The notes below the pieces were generated by a model, which saw only the letters and a list, made by a program, of their open reading frames with translations, was not told the DNA's origin and did not search any database. Below, piece after piece: positions 9,728-21,186 of a DNA stretch of 56,641 nucleotides; the stretch's first letter is position 1, and each line of letters begins with the position of its first letter. The stretch is taken from the sequence record OW849040.1. One strand, 5' to 3'. Position numbers and translations under genes: made by a program. This DNA comes from a plasmid.

Positions 9728-10374
9728 TTAACTCTCATGGTATCGATTTTCTTTACCGGCATCTTTAACAATGGTGCTCGTTTCTAGTGTTGCTGCGGTA
9801 CGCTTCATCATCGTCTGCGGGGCGGTTGCGATAGTGAAGGAGCTGCCGGGCGTGAGCAAATCTATCAGGCGCTGGCCGCTGATAATCTCCATCCGTTCAC
9901 TGGCAATACTGACAGATTTTGAACCTGCGCCGGTTTTCCCGGTATGGCAAAACAGACCGCGACAGTTATGACGTTTAAGCAACTTCTCGAACTCCTGTAC
10001 GTGCTGTAAAGCAATATGGCCGCGATAGCGTTTAGCCTGAATAAGATAGCGATATTTTCCTATTATTACCTGGCCGTCAATGCCTCCATCGCCGGTATAG
10101 CGTTTGTTTCTGATGGTTCTGAAGCCATGCGCTTCAAATCCTTCCAGCAACAGTTCTTCAAACACAAAAGGATCAATTTTCCTCAGGTAGTTAATTTTTT
10201 GTGGGAAGCCCGGCAACGTCTTTATGCGCTCCAGCACCCGCCGCGCACTTTGCTGCTTCCTTTTGTGTCGCCTGTGCCGTACTGAACGCCGGAAGAATAC
10301 AACGGCAAGCAGTGCGATGGCGCTGCAAGCCCATAGAATAAGGTTTTCTGTAGTGGGGAAGGGGATCATGGTCA
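9728..10374 (-). CDS. Membrane-anchored Mrr-cat (restriction-endonuclease-like) domain protein
   Basis: N-terminal TM helix (LILWACSAIALLAVVFF) plus Mrr_cat-type motifs (FEELLLEGFEAHGF...GDGGIDG...YLIQAKRY). Start taken at MTMIPF. The ORF-track start at 10519 is an extension. Confidence 0.55.
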
Positions 10375-10424
10375 TAGTGGGCTTTCTGAGGGTAAAGAAA
10401 AGGGCGGTTAAACCGCCCTGGTGT

Positions 10425-10736
10425 TTAGCGACGGCTGTATACCTGCCACGAAGCGCTGCCTGACTGATTCTGGCAAATCCGCCCGTAAAGTACGGTGCCG
10501 GTCGAGTAGCGGGCGCCATTCAGATAGCAATAGCCGCTGGATTGCAGCAGTTCGTTGCGCAGCTTTTCTTCCTGCTTTGATAGCCGGGACTCCGCAGACT
10601 GCAAACGAACGGATAATTCGTTAATCTGGCGTTGCTGGTTATTCAGCTGGCTCTGCATCGCATTACCTTTATCCTGGCTGACGCAACCAGTTAAGAGAGC
10701 TGTACAGGCTAATGCACTTAATATTATTTTTTTCAC
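10425..10736 (-). CDS. Lipoprotein (signal peptide plus LTGC lipobox, coiled-coil N-terminal part)
   Basis: MKKIILSALACTALLTGC... lipobox. No family assignable by eye. Confidence 0.5.
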   Translation of the reverse strand: MKKIILSALACTALLTGCVSQDKGNAMQSQLNNQQRQINELSVRLQSAESRLSKQEEKLRNELLQSSGYCYLNGARYSTGTVLYGRICQNQSGSASWQVYSRR

Positions 10737-10771
10737 GTTGGCTCCTTAAATTGAGATTATTCCTAGTTCGC

Positions 10772-11086
10772 CTATAAGCGAACTTTCCCGTATTTACTTA
10801 TGATCTGGCTTATCATCGACTGGTTACTTCCACCTTCGCCATTATCCGGGCATTCATTAAGAAAAGCCTTCCTGGCATCCTTCGTGTGGTTGGGTAAAAA
10901 GCCGTGCTTGTTCTTTTTAACGATATTGAAGAAAGCAGCTTCAGCACTGTTACACTCGCTTCCGCCGCTATCGCCGGTGAGCTTGCCCGCCATGCACATA
11001 ATAACTTTGCAGGGATCTTCAGCATGGCTGGCAGGAATATAAAGCAGACTACCAGCTGCTATCAGAGGTATTAAGAGTTTCTTCAT
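10772..11086 (-). CDS. kikA: Secreted 104-aa protein, possibly KikA (IncN kik region ORF104)
   Basis: Signal peptide MKKLLIPLIAAGSLLYIPASHA, 104 aa. Size, signal peptide and IncN location fit the published kikA ORF104 description. This is a guess. Confidence 0.4.
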   Translation of the reverse strand: MKKLLIPLIAAGSLLYIPASHAEDPCKVIMCMAGKLTGDSGGSECNSAEAAFFNIVKKNKHGFLPNHTKDARKAFLNECPDNGEGGSNQSMISQIISKYGKVRL

Positions 11087-11427
11087 TGTTTTGTCCTTAA
11101 CAGTTTGTTCAGATATACACTCGCCAGAATGTTGATAACGGTAAGCAATATTAATAATAACGCTGCGTTATAAATAGATTTGTAACCTATATCGCCTGCA
11201 ATATATTCGACAACAAAAACGAAAATCGTTAAAATTGTGTAAAACTTGATTAACTTTCCTGTAATTTTCTTAACAATATAAGCAACTGAATAAGAGCCGG
11301 ATTTGATGATGCTGGCGAGTAACCTGATCGCATGGACACGAAATTTTCTAAAAATGGGCGGAATGGAAGATGCCTTTTTCTTCCTTCTGCTTTTTTGCCT
11401 TTCCGCAAAATCAATAAGTTCGCCCAT
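11083..11427 (-). CDS. Small integral membrane protein, basic N-terminus
   Basis: 114 aa, two hydrophobic helices, overlapping stop/start with the downstream gene. Confidence 0.4.
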   Translation of the reverse strand: MGELIDFAERQKSRRKKKASSIPPIFRKFRVHAIRLLASIIKSGSYSVAYIVKKITGKLIKFYTILTIFVFVVEYIAGDIGYKSIYNAALLLILLTVINILASVYLNKLLRTKQ

Positions 11428-11442
11428 TTTTATACCCTCCGG

Positions 11443-11748
11443 TTATATCTTCAGATCATCAAGTGATAAACCACTATCAAGCAGCTCTTTGAGCCATGTG
11501 GGTCGGCGGCCAGTCCCGGACCAGGTATTTTCTGCGTTCCTGGGGTCGCGGTATTTTGCTGGTCTATGTTCTCTGGGGTTGGCTACGCCCTGCATCTTCA
11601 TGGCTTCCAGGCTAATGCCAGCGTCCAATTTTGCAGTTAGCCAGGCCGGGCGCTTCCCTATACCAGTCCACGTATTAAAAGGGTTATCCGGGTCACGATA
11701 CACGGGTTCGCCTTTTGGTCGTTTTTCTGATTTCAGGGGAACCAGCAT
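11443..11748 (-). CDS. korB: DNA-binding protein with two tandem H-NS C-terminal-type motifs (TWTGIGKRPAWL / TWSGTGRRPTWL), KorB-like regulator upstream of the T4SS operon
   Basis: Duplicated H-NS-like motif read directly. Start placed at MLVPLKS behind GGAAGGAAGG RBS. The ORF track extends to 11820 via a TTG. korB naming comes from the IncN map position and is a guess. Confidence 0.5.
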   Translation of the reverse strand: MLVPLKSEKRPKGEPVYRDPDNPFNTWTGIGKRPAWLTAKLDAGISLEAMKMQGVANPREHRPAKYRDPRNAENTWSGTGRRPTWLKELLDSGLSLDDLKI

Positions 11749-11815
11749 CACCTTCCTTCCTTCAGCGGTTTTCTTTTCGTTTCTTCTTGACACGATCTCA
11801 TTAGCCCTTATCATA

Positions 11816-11847
11816 AACAAAAGTCGTCGAAATTACAATTACGCGGT
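11816..11847. promoter_or_regulatory. Conserved operator-like element acaaaagtcgtYgaaattRcaattNcg upstream of traL/virB1. Second copy at 18181-18212
   Basis: Two copies, each immediately 5-prime of a T4SS gene start. Core GAAATTGCAATTTC is a perfect palindrome in the second copy. Confidence 0.5.
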
Positions 11848-11856
11848 GAAACATAA

Positions 11857-12591
11857 ATGAGTAAACATCCAAAACTCCTGGTTCTCGCTCTGGCCTGCCT
11901 TGCTTGTGCTGGCCGTGCCAGTGCTGCGCCTGCCTCCGATGAAGTTGCCAGGCTTGCGCAGAGATGTGCGCCTGATGTTTCACCCTTAACGATGGCGTAC
12001 ATCGTCGGCCATGAGTCCTCAAATGGGCCGTACAGGATCAATATTAACGGTAGTATTCAGTTAAAACAGCAACCGCGTACTGAAGCTGAGGCCGTCAGCG
12101 TTGCGAAAGTTCTGCTGAAGGATAATAAAAGTTTTGATATGGGCCTTGCACAAATTAACTCAAATAATTTAGTGGGCCTGGGTCTTTCGGTTGACGATAT
12201 TTTCAAACCCTGCATCAACCTGCGGGCGAGCCAGACCATCCTTAAAGCCTGTTATGATAGCGCCCTGAAATCCTACCCAGCCGGGCAGGTTGCGCTGAGA
12301 CACGCGCTTTCCTGCTACAACACCGGCTCACTCACAAACGGGATTTCTAACGGGTATGTCACGAAAGTTATCAACGTGGCGCGTCAATCAACTGATTTGA
12401 AAATCCCTACGCTGCTACCTGACGGCCAGACCAGTGAGGACAGCACCGCGACTGAGCCTCAGCAGGCAAAAAGTACGGCGCCGCAGTATGACGGTGAACA
12501 AGATGTTTTTGGTTCGGGTGATGGCGATGCCTTCAGCCGAAATAATACGGATGCCTTTTTAACCAGACAGGAAACAGCGAAGGGGGAATGA
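11857..12591 (+). CDS. traL: VirB1-like lytic transglycosylase (pKM101 TraL)
   Basis: Signal peptide plus SLT domain. First gene of the VirB-order operon. Confidence 0.8.
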   Translation: MSKHPKLLVLALACLACAGRASAAPASDEVARLAQRCAPDVSPLTMAYIVGHESSNGPYRININGSIQLKQQPRTEAEAVSVAKVLLKDNKSFDMGLAQINSNNLVGLGLSVDDIFKPCINLRASQTILKACYDSALKSYPAGQVALRHALSCYNTGSLTNGISNGYVTKVINVARQSTDLKIPTLLPDGQTSEDSTATEPQQAKSTAPQYDGEQDVFGSGDGDAFSRNNTDAFLTRQETAKGE

Positions 12592-12881
12592 GGTTATGGA
12601 TGGAACGTTTGTACCTTGTATTGCAATCACAGATCCTGGAGCTATTTGAAGCAGGAAAAGTGAAGGAGGTAACGATAGAACGGGTTTCATTAAAGAAGTG
12701 GTATCCCGTTTTTCAGATAGACGATGAACAGCTGGGCCAGATCGCATGTTCCATTAGGGTTAACAAAGAGCATGAGCTACGAACCTGGGCTGATTTAAGG
12801 CTACTGGCAGAGTTTTTGAAAGATAAGTGTGGCGTTGAAGAATGCCGGTTAAATCTGCAATCAACAGAAGATAGTGAGTAA
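12588..12881 (+). CDS. Hypothetical protein between virB1 and virB2 homologues
   Basis: 97 aa, ATGA overlap with traL stop, AGGGGG RBS. Confidence 0.45.
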   Translation: MRLWMERLYLVLQSQILELFEAGKVKEVTIERVSLKKWYPVFQIDDEQLGQIACSIRVNKEHELRTWADLRLLAEFLKDKCGVEECRLNLQSTEDSE

Positions 12882-12890
12882 GGAGAAAGT

Positions 12891-13184
12891 ATGACCACGT
12901 TGTTTAAGAAGTATGGCCCTGCGGTAGTTATGGGCGTTTTGTCCATTGCCCTGCCGCAAATTGCGCTGGCCGCTGGCACCGATACTGGTGAATCAACCGC
13001 TACATCAATCCAGACGTGGTTGAGCACATGGATTCCAATTGGTTGTGCTATTGCGATCATGGTTAGTTGCTTTATGTGGATGCTTCACGTAATCCCAGCC
13101 AGCTTTATTCCTCGTATCGTAATCTCGCTGATTGGTATTGGTTCTGCATCATTTCTGGTTTCCCTGACGGGCGTAGGAAGCTGA
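12891..13184 (+). CDS. traM: VirB2-like pilin (pKM101 TraM)
   Basis: 97 aa, long signal peptide and two hydrophobic segments typical of T-pilin. Confidence 0.8.
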   Translation: MTTLFKKYGPAVVMGVLSIALPQIALAAGTDTGESTATSIQTWLSTWIPIGCAIAIMVSCFMWMLHVIPASFIPRIVISLIGIGSASFLVSLTGVGS

Positions 13185-13196
13185 ACAACGCGAAAA

Positions 13197-13215
13197 GGGG
13201 GGACTTTTGTCCCCC
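13197..13215 (+). terminator. Intra-operon hairpin GGGGGGAC-TTTT-GTCCCCC directly after the pilin gene (likely partial terminator/attenuator)
   Basis: Perfect 7-8 bp GC stem, T-rich loop, read directly. Confidence 0.5.
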
Positions 13216-13233
13216 AAAGTGAGGACTACAAAG

Positions 13234-13551
13234 ATGTTCGTTGACGGGAAAAGACCGCTTTTCAAAGGTGCGACTCGCTTACCTCGCGCGCTGGGTGTAC
13301 CACGTAATGTAGCTATGATGATATTCATGATTTCTGCCTCGCTTTTTATGATTATTCATATGTGGGCGATTCTGGTGTTCGTCTTTTTGTGGATTCCTTC
13401 AGCTGCATTAACAAAATATGACGACCGCATGTTTCGAATTATGGGCCTGTGGTTGAAAACCAAATTCAGTAATTGGTTTGATTCTCCGTTTAAGCAGTGG
13501 GGAGGATCGTCTTATTCCTCTGTTGACTACAAACGTAAGGGTTTAAAATAA
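13234..13551 (+). CDS. traA: VirB3-like (pKM101 TraA)
   Basis: Small membrane protein. Start at MFVDGK behind GAGGA RBS. The ORF track extends to 13207. Confidence 0.75.
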   Translation: MFVDGKRPLFKGATRLPRALGVPRNVAMMIFMISASLFMIIHMWAILVFVFLWIPSAALTKYDDRMFRIMGLWLKTKFSNWFDSPFKQWGGSSYSSVDYKRKGLK

Positions 13552-16151
13552 TGAGAGCTGCCACCGCTACGAAGCCAAAAAAAATTGATGCCTACCGTAA
13601 GGAGCCATCAGTAAATAAAAAGTATTTGCCCTATTCTTATCACCTCAATGATTACGTGATTTCGATGGAAAACGGCGATCTGATGGCTTTTTTCAAGCTG
13701 GATGGCCGCACACATGACTGCGCATCAGATCGGGAACTGGTCACCTGGCATAAAGACCTTAATACGCTGGTCAAGAGCTTCGGAACAGACCATGTAGAGC
13801 TGTGGACGCATGAATATCACCATGAGGCTAAAGAGTACCCGGATGGTGAGTATGACCATTTTTTCCCTGCTTATGTTGATCAATATAACCGTAAGCTGCA
13901 CGGTGATTCCAAGCAGCTGATTAATGACCTTTATCTGACCGTTATTTACAAACAGGTAGGGGATAAAACACAGAAGTTTCTGGCGAAATTTGAAAAGCCG
14001 ACTCGTGACGAAATTCAGCAAATGCAGAATGAGGCGCTTGAAGGTCTGGAAGATATTTCTGAACAAATCCTGGAAGCAATGAAGCCGTATGGCATTCAGC
14101 AGTTGGGTATCTATTATCGTGACAAACGCGGTGTTGAAATTCCTGCGCCTGATAAAAAAGAACGTGAAGAACTTGCTGAAGTCGATGAATCAGACATTTT
14201 TGACGAAGCCATTGTTATCGAACGCAACGAGCCTGAACCTTCGCAGGCTCACGCTTATTCAAAAGCGCTGGAGTTCCTTTATTTCCTCGCAAATATGGAA
14301 TGGGCCATCGTGCCTGTTTGCCGTGATCGTATCCGTGAGTACATCATGGACAACCGCCCTGTTAGCTCCCTGTGGGGGGATGTTGTCCAGATCAGAACGG
14401 TAGATCACAACTTCTATACCACCGGCATTGAATTTCGTGAATACGAAGAAGATACAGAGCCAGGCCAGCTTAACATGCTTAAAGAAGCCGATTTTGAATA
14501 CCTTCTGACGCAGAGTTTTTCTTGCCTCTCTGAATCTTCAGCTAAAACGTTTCTGACGCATCAGGAAAAATCTTTGCAGGAAACGCGCGACCGTGCGCAA
14601 AGCCAGCTGGCACAGCTTGGTACTGCGCTCGATATGCTGACGTCCAGAGAGTTCGTGATGGGCTACCATCATGGAACCGTGCATGTCTGGGATAATGACC
14701 AAAACGCGGTACAGCGCAAAGCGCGTCGTGTGAAGGTTATGCTAACCGGCTGTGGCGTGGTTGGCGGGACTATCAGCCTGGCCTCTGAGGCTGCATATTA
14801 TGCGAGACTGCCTGGCAACCAGAAATGGGCGCCGCGCCCGGTTCCGATAAACTCATGGAACTTCCTGCACTTCAGCCCGTTCCACAATTTTATGCGTGGC
14901 AAGCCTGACAATAACCCGTGGGGGCCAGCGCTGACCATGTTCCGCACGATCAGCGGTACGCCACTCTATTTTAATTTCCATGTGACCCCGCTTGAAGAAC
15001 TTTCCTACGGTAAACGCCCGCTGGGCCATGCGTTAATAACGGGTATGTCGGGGGAAGGTAAAACCACGCTGCTTAACTTCCTGCTGGCGCAGTCAATGAA
15101 GTACAACCCGCGGCTTTTTGTTTATGACCGTGACCGCGGTATGGAGCCGTTCATTCGAAGCGTTGGTGGCTACTATAAAGTTCTGCAACAGGGTATGCCG
15201 TCCGGGTTTGCCCCGCTTCAGATTGAACCGACCAAACGCAATATTGCCCTCATTAAAAACCTGTTCCGCATTTGTGTGGAAACCACCAATAACGGGCCTA
15301 TCAGCGCAACGATGGCTACCGAACTGGCTGAAGGCGTTGATGCGGTTATGGGGGAAGGCTCACTTATTCCACGCGAGGCGCGCACCGTTACTATCCTGGA
15401 CGGGTACGTGAATGAAGTTGTGGAAAATGGCGTATCACTGAAAGGGCTGCTGCGCGAATGGACGCGCGAAGGCCAGTATGGCTGGCTGTTTGACAATGAT
15501 AAAGACAGCCTGGATCTCAGCGCGAATGATATTTTTGGCTTCGATTTATCCGAGTTTATCGCAGCCAAAGAGGAAGTATCCAGCCCGGCCCGTACTCCGC
15601 TCATGATGTACCTTCTGTACCGGGTACGTGACTCCATCGACGGCAAACGCCGCGTCATTCAGTGCTTTGACGAGTTCCACGCCTACCTTGACGATCCGGT
15701 TATCGAGCGTGAAGTTAAGCGTGGTATCAAAACTGACCGTAAGAAAGACGCTATCTATGTGTTTGCCACGCAGGAGCCGAACGATGCGCTGTCCAGCCGT
15801 ATTGGCCGCACGATCATGTCGCAGACCGTCACAAAAATCTGCCTGCGCGATCCGGAAGCTATCCGAGAGGATTATGCCTTCCTTACTGATGCTGAATACG
15901 ACGCGCTGATGTCGATTACCGAACACTCCAGACAGTTCCTGGTTAAACAAGGGCAACAGTCTGCGATTGCTTCTTTCAATCTCTACCCTCGCAACAGCGA
16001 CGATATTGATGCAGATATTAAGACAATGGACAACGTTCTTAGCGTGTTGTCCGGTGAACCACAAAACGCCGAAATTGCGCATGAGCTGGTTGAACGGCTC
16101 GGTAATGACCCTGAAGTATGGCTCAAAGAATACTGGCGCCTGACGGCTTAA
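13551..16151 (+). CDS. traB: VirB4-like ATPase (pKM101 TraB)
   Basis: 866 aa, Walker A GMSGEGKT. Confidence 0.9.
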   Translation: MRAATATKPKKIDAYRKEPSVNKKYLPYSYHLNDYVISMENGDLMAFFKLDGRTHDCASDRELVTWHKDLNTLVKSFGTDHVELWTHEYHHEAKEYPDGEYDHFFPAYVDQYNRKLHGDSKQLINDLYLTVIYKQVGDKTQKFLAKFEKPTRDEIQQMQNEALEGLEDISEQILEAMKPYGIQQLGIYYRDKRGVEIPAPDKKEREELAEVDESDIFDEAIVIERNEPEPSQAHAYSKALEFLYFLANMEWAIVPVCRDRIREYIMDNRPVSSLWGDVVQIRTVDHNFYTTGIEFREYEEDTEPGQLNMLKEADFEYLLTQSFSCLSESSAKTFLTHQEKSLQETRDRAQSQLAQLGTALDMLTSREFVMGYHHGTVHVWDNDQNAVQRKARRVKVMLTGCGVVGGTISLASEAAYYARLPGNQKWAPRPVPINSWNFLHFSPFHNFMRGKPDNNPWGPALTMFRTISGTPLYFNFHVTPLEELSYGKRPLGHALITGMSGEGKTTLLNFLLAQSMKYNPRLFVYDRDRGMEPFIRSVGGYYKVLQQGMPSGFAPLQIEPTKRNIALIKNLFRICVETTNNGPISATMATELAEGVDAVMGEGSLIPREARTVTILDGYVNEVVENGVSLKGLLREWTREGQYGWLFDNDKDSLDLSANDIFGFDLSEFIAAKEEVSSPARTPLMMYLLYRVRDSIDGKRRVIQCFDEFHAYLDDPVIEREVKRGIKTDRKKDAIYVFATQEPNDALSSRIGRTIMSQTVTKICLRDPEAIREDYAFLTDAEYDALMSITEHSRQFLVKQGQQSAIASFNLYPRNSDDIDADIKTMDNVLSVLSGEPQNAEIAHELVERLGNDPEVWLKEYWRLTA

Positions 16152-16168
16152 CAACGAGGCAAAACACC

Positions 16169-16882
16169 ATGAAAAAAACACTGACGGCAGTATTGCTGAC
16201 CACCGGCCTGATTCTGGGAGGCGCGCAAAGCGCTTCCGCAGGCATCATCGTGACCAACCCTACTGAGCTGGCTAAACAGGTCGAGCAGCTTCAGCAAATG
16301 GCGCAGCAGCTGGAGCAGCTTAAAAGCCAGCTGCAAACGCAGAAAAATATGTATGAGTCGATGGCAAAGACAACCAACCTGGGCGATCTGCTGGGGACGT
16401 CTACCAGCACGCTGGCAAATAATTTGCCGGACAACTGGAAGGAGATCTACAGCGACGCCATGAACTCCAGTTCTTCCGTCACGCCTTCAGTTAACAGCAT
16501 GATGGGCCAGTTTAATGCGGAAGTTGACGACATGACGCCCAGCGAAGCAATTACCTACATGAACAAAAAGCTGGCTGAAAAAGGCGCTTATGACCGCGTT
16601 ATGGCAGAAAAAGCCTACAACAACCAGATGCAGGAACTAACCGATATGCAGGAGCTGACGGAGCAGATTAAAACGACTCCAGACCTGAAATCGATTGCTG
16701 ACTTACAGGCCCGTATCCAGACGTCACAGGGTGCTATTCAGGGTGAGCAGGCGAAGCTGAATCTGATGAACATGTTGCAGCAGTCACAGGACAAGCTATT
16801 ACGTGCGCAGAAAGAACGTGCCACCCACAATTTTGTTTTTGGAACCGGCGGGGACGTTACCGCGTCACCTTCAATTAACTGA
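16169..16882 (+). CDS. traC: VirB5-like minor pilus subunit (pKM101 TraC)
   Basis: Signal peptide [24 protein letters not shown], coiled-coil. GAGG RBS. The ORF-track start 16118 is an extension. Confidence 0.75.
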   Translation: MKKTLTAVLLTTGLILGGAQSASAGIIVTNPTELAKQVEQLQQMAQQLEQLKSQLQTQKNMYESMAKTTNLGDLLGTSTSTLANNLPDNWKEIYSDAMNSSSSVTPSVNSMMGQFNAEVDDMTPSEAITYMNKKLAEKGAYDRVMAEKAYNNQMQELTDMQELTEQIKTTPDLKSIADLQARIQTSQGAIQGEQAKLNLMNMLQQSQDKLLRAQKERATHNFVFGTGGDVTASPSIN

Positions 16883-16889
16883 GGTAATT

Positions 16890-17117
16890 ATGAAAAAACT
16901 ACTGCTTGTTATCCCTTTCCTCCTGGTGGCCTGCGATGCCTCGCATGACGTGGAGTGGTACAAAAAACATGAGAAAGAGCGCAAGGCAACAATTCAGGAA
17001 TGCAAGAAAGACGCGGATGAACTTCAGAAACCTGATTGCAAAAACGCGCGCGAAGCCGATCGTCAGCTGTTTGTGTTCGGCAAAAAAGACGGCGAAATCA
17101 ATTCACCGAAAATTTAG
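16890..17117 (+). CDS. eex: Entry-exclusion lipoprotein (Eex-like) between virB5 and virB6 homologues
   Basis: 75-aa lipoprotein (LLVAC lipobox) in the position of pKM101 eex. Confidence 0.6.
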   Translation: MKKLLLVIPFLLVACDASHDVEWYKKHEKERKATIQECKKDADELQKPDCKNAREADRQLFVFGKKDGEINSPKI

Positions 17118-17132
17118 GAGTAAGGAGGCAAT

Positions 17133-18173
17133 ATGGCATTCACCCTAGTCGCAGACATTTTCGCAAAAGTAGACGGGGCGATTACGTCAATGGTGAGCGC
17201 CAATGTTGCCACCATTATCTCTGATGTAACGCCTCTGATTGCCACCTGTCTGACAATCAAGCTGATGGTTCAGGGGATGTACTCAGCGTTTAATCCGGGG
17301 GCGGGCGACAGCCTGAGTTCGCTGATTAAAGAGTATCTTTCCATAGCCCTTATCCTGAGCTTTGCAACGGCGGGCGGCTGGTATCAACAGGAACTGGTCA
17401 ACGTGGCGCTTCACCTGCCGGATGATTTTGCCGGGATACTGTCTGCCCCTAATAAAGTCGGTGCAAGTGGCGTACCGGCGATTATTGATAGCGGTATTGA
17501 AAAAGGTATCAAGATCGTCAACACCGCATGGGAAGCCGCAGACGTGTTTTCATCGAGCGGCCTGGCCGCGTATGCCATTGGCGGCATTATGATGATTGCT
17601 ACCGTTGTGCTGGGCGGCCTCGGTGCGGGCTTTGTGATCATGGCTAAGATCCTTCTGGCCGTTACGCTTTGTTTTGGCCCGATTGCAATCTTCTGCCTGC
17701 TGTGGGGAGCGACAAAAAACATCTTTGCTCGCTGGCTGGCGTCGGTCATTAACTATGGCCTTGTCGTCGTCATTCTTGCGCTCGTGTTTGGTTTCATCAT
17801 GCAGATGTTCGACAACCTCCTGTCCTCGATGAACTCTGATGCCGCTTACTCATCAATCACTGGTTCTATCTCCGCCTTATTACTGACGGTCATTTCCGTT
17901 TTCGTTCTGTTCCAGATTCCGCAAATTGCCGCCAGCTGGGGTAGCGGTATCAGCGCCGGAGTTGCTGACGCCGCACGCTCTACGGGTTCTTCCATGCAGG
18001 CGCTTGGCAATATGGGCAGCCACGGCATGTTTGGCGGTAATGCGTTCAGAGGCGGTAACAGTGGCGGCGGCCAGCAATCGGCAGGTGGAGGAAGTGGCAG
18101 CAACAGCGGAGGAAGCAGTGGTTCTAATTTAAGTGGTAAGGCAAGGGGCAGTCGCGGGAAGAAGGCTGCATAA
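17133..18173 (+). CDS. traD: VirB6-like polytopic membrane protein (pKM101 TraD)
   Basis: 346 aa, multiple TM segments, Gly/Ser-rich tail. Confidence 0.8.
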   Translation: MAFTLVADIFAKVDGAITSMVSANVATIISDVTPLIATCLTIKLMVQGMYSAFNPGAGDSLSSLIKEYLSIALILSFATAGGWYQQELVNVALHLPDDFAGILSAPNKVGASGVPAIIDSGIEKGIKIVNTAWEAADVFSSSGLAAYAIGGIMMIATVVLGGLGAGFVIMAKILLAVTLCFGPIAIFCLLWGATKNIFARWLASVINYGLVVVILALVFGFIMQMFDNLLSSMNSDAAYSSITGSISALLLTVISVFVLFQIPQIAASWGSGISAGVADAARSTGSSMQALGNMGSHGMFGGNAFRGGNSGGGQQSAGGGSGSNSGGSSGSNLSGKARGSRGKKAA

Positions 18174-18180
18174 AATTAAA

Positions 18181-18212
18181 ACAAAAGTCGTTGAAATTGC
18201 AATTTCGGCGAC
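18181..18212. promoter_or_regulatory. Second copy of the acaaaagtcgttGAAATTGCAATTTCggcgac operator-like palindrome, upstream of traN/virB7
   Basis: See 11816-11847. 14-bp perfect palindrome core. Confidence 0.5.
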
Positions 18213-18255
18213 TTATTATAATTAGTACGTTCAACAACCGATAATGGATGCCGTA

Positions 18256-18402
18256 ATGCGCAGCTTATTGCTTATGGGAGTTCTTCTGATTAGCGCCTGT
18301 TCCAGCGGGCATAAACCGCCACCGGAGCCGGACTGGAGCAACACCGTTCCAGTAAACAAAACAATCCCGGTTGATACGCAAGGTGGTGCAAATGAAAGCT
18401 AA
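18256..18402 (+). CDS. traN: VirB7-like lipoprotein (pKM101 TraN)
   Basis: 48 aa, [15 protein letters not shown] lipobox. Overlaps the virB8 start. Confidence 0.7.
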
Positions 18403-19090
18403 TAAAAAAACAGGGCTTACACGTGAAGCCATTAAAGAGTTCAACGAAAGCCGTAAAGGGCTTGAAGTTGATCTGATGGATGAAGTGCTGAAGTCCCGGC
18501 GTACCGCCTGGATGGTTGCCACCGGTTCAGCGGTGGTAACTGTTTTTGCACTCTCTTTAGTTGGTTACGTGGTGCATAAGTACAGCCAGCCAATCCCCGC
18601 ACATCTGCTAACGCTCAACGAGGCCACTCACGAAGTACAGCAGGTCAAGCTGACCCGCGACCAGACCTCTTATGGTGACGAAATTGATAAGTTCTGGCTG
18701 ACACAATATGTCATTCACCGTGAGAGCTATGACTTCTATTCAGTTCAGGTCGACTATACGGCCGTTGGCTTAATGTCCACGCCGAACGTGGCAGAGTCTT
18801 ACCAGAGCAAGTTCAAGGGCCGCAACGGTCTTGATAAGGTTCTGGGCGACAGTGAAACGACCCGCGTGAAGATTAACTCTGTGATCCTCGATAAACCGCA
18901 CGGCGTAGCAACGATACGCTTTACTACGGTTCGCCGCGTGCGCAGCAATCCCGTTGATGATCAGCCGCAGCGCTGGATTGCCATTATGGGGTATGAATAT
19001 AAATCGCTGGCGATGAATGCTGAGCAGCGTTATGTCAACCCGCTGGGTTTCCGCGTGACGAGTTATCGCGTCAACCCTGAAGTTAACTGA
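18392..19090 (+). CDS. traE: VirB8-like (pKM101 TraE)
   Basis: Bitopic protein, one TM after a basic N-terminus. Start at MKANKK. The ORF track starts at 18371. Confidence 0.8.
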
Positions 19091-19100
19091 GGGCTGCCCC

Positions 19101-21145
<2,045 letters not shown>

Positions 21146-21186
21146 AAAAGTGGGCGCTTAGCGCCCGCTTTTCTTCAGGAGTAATC

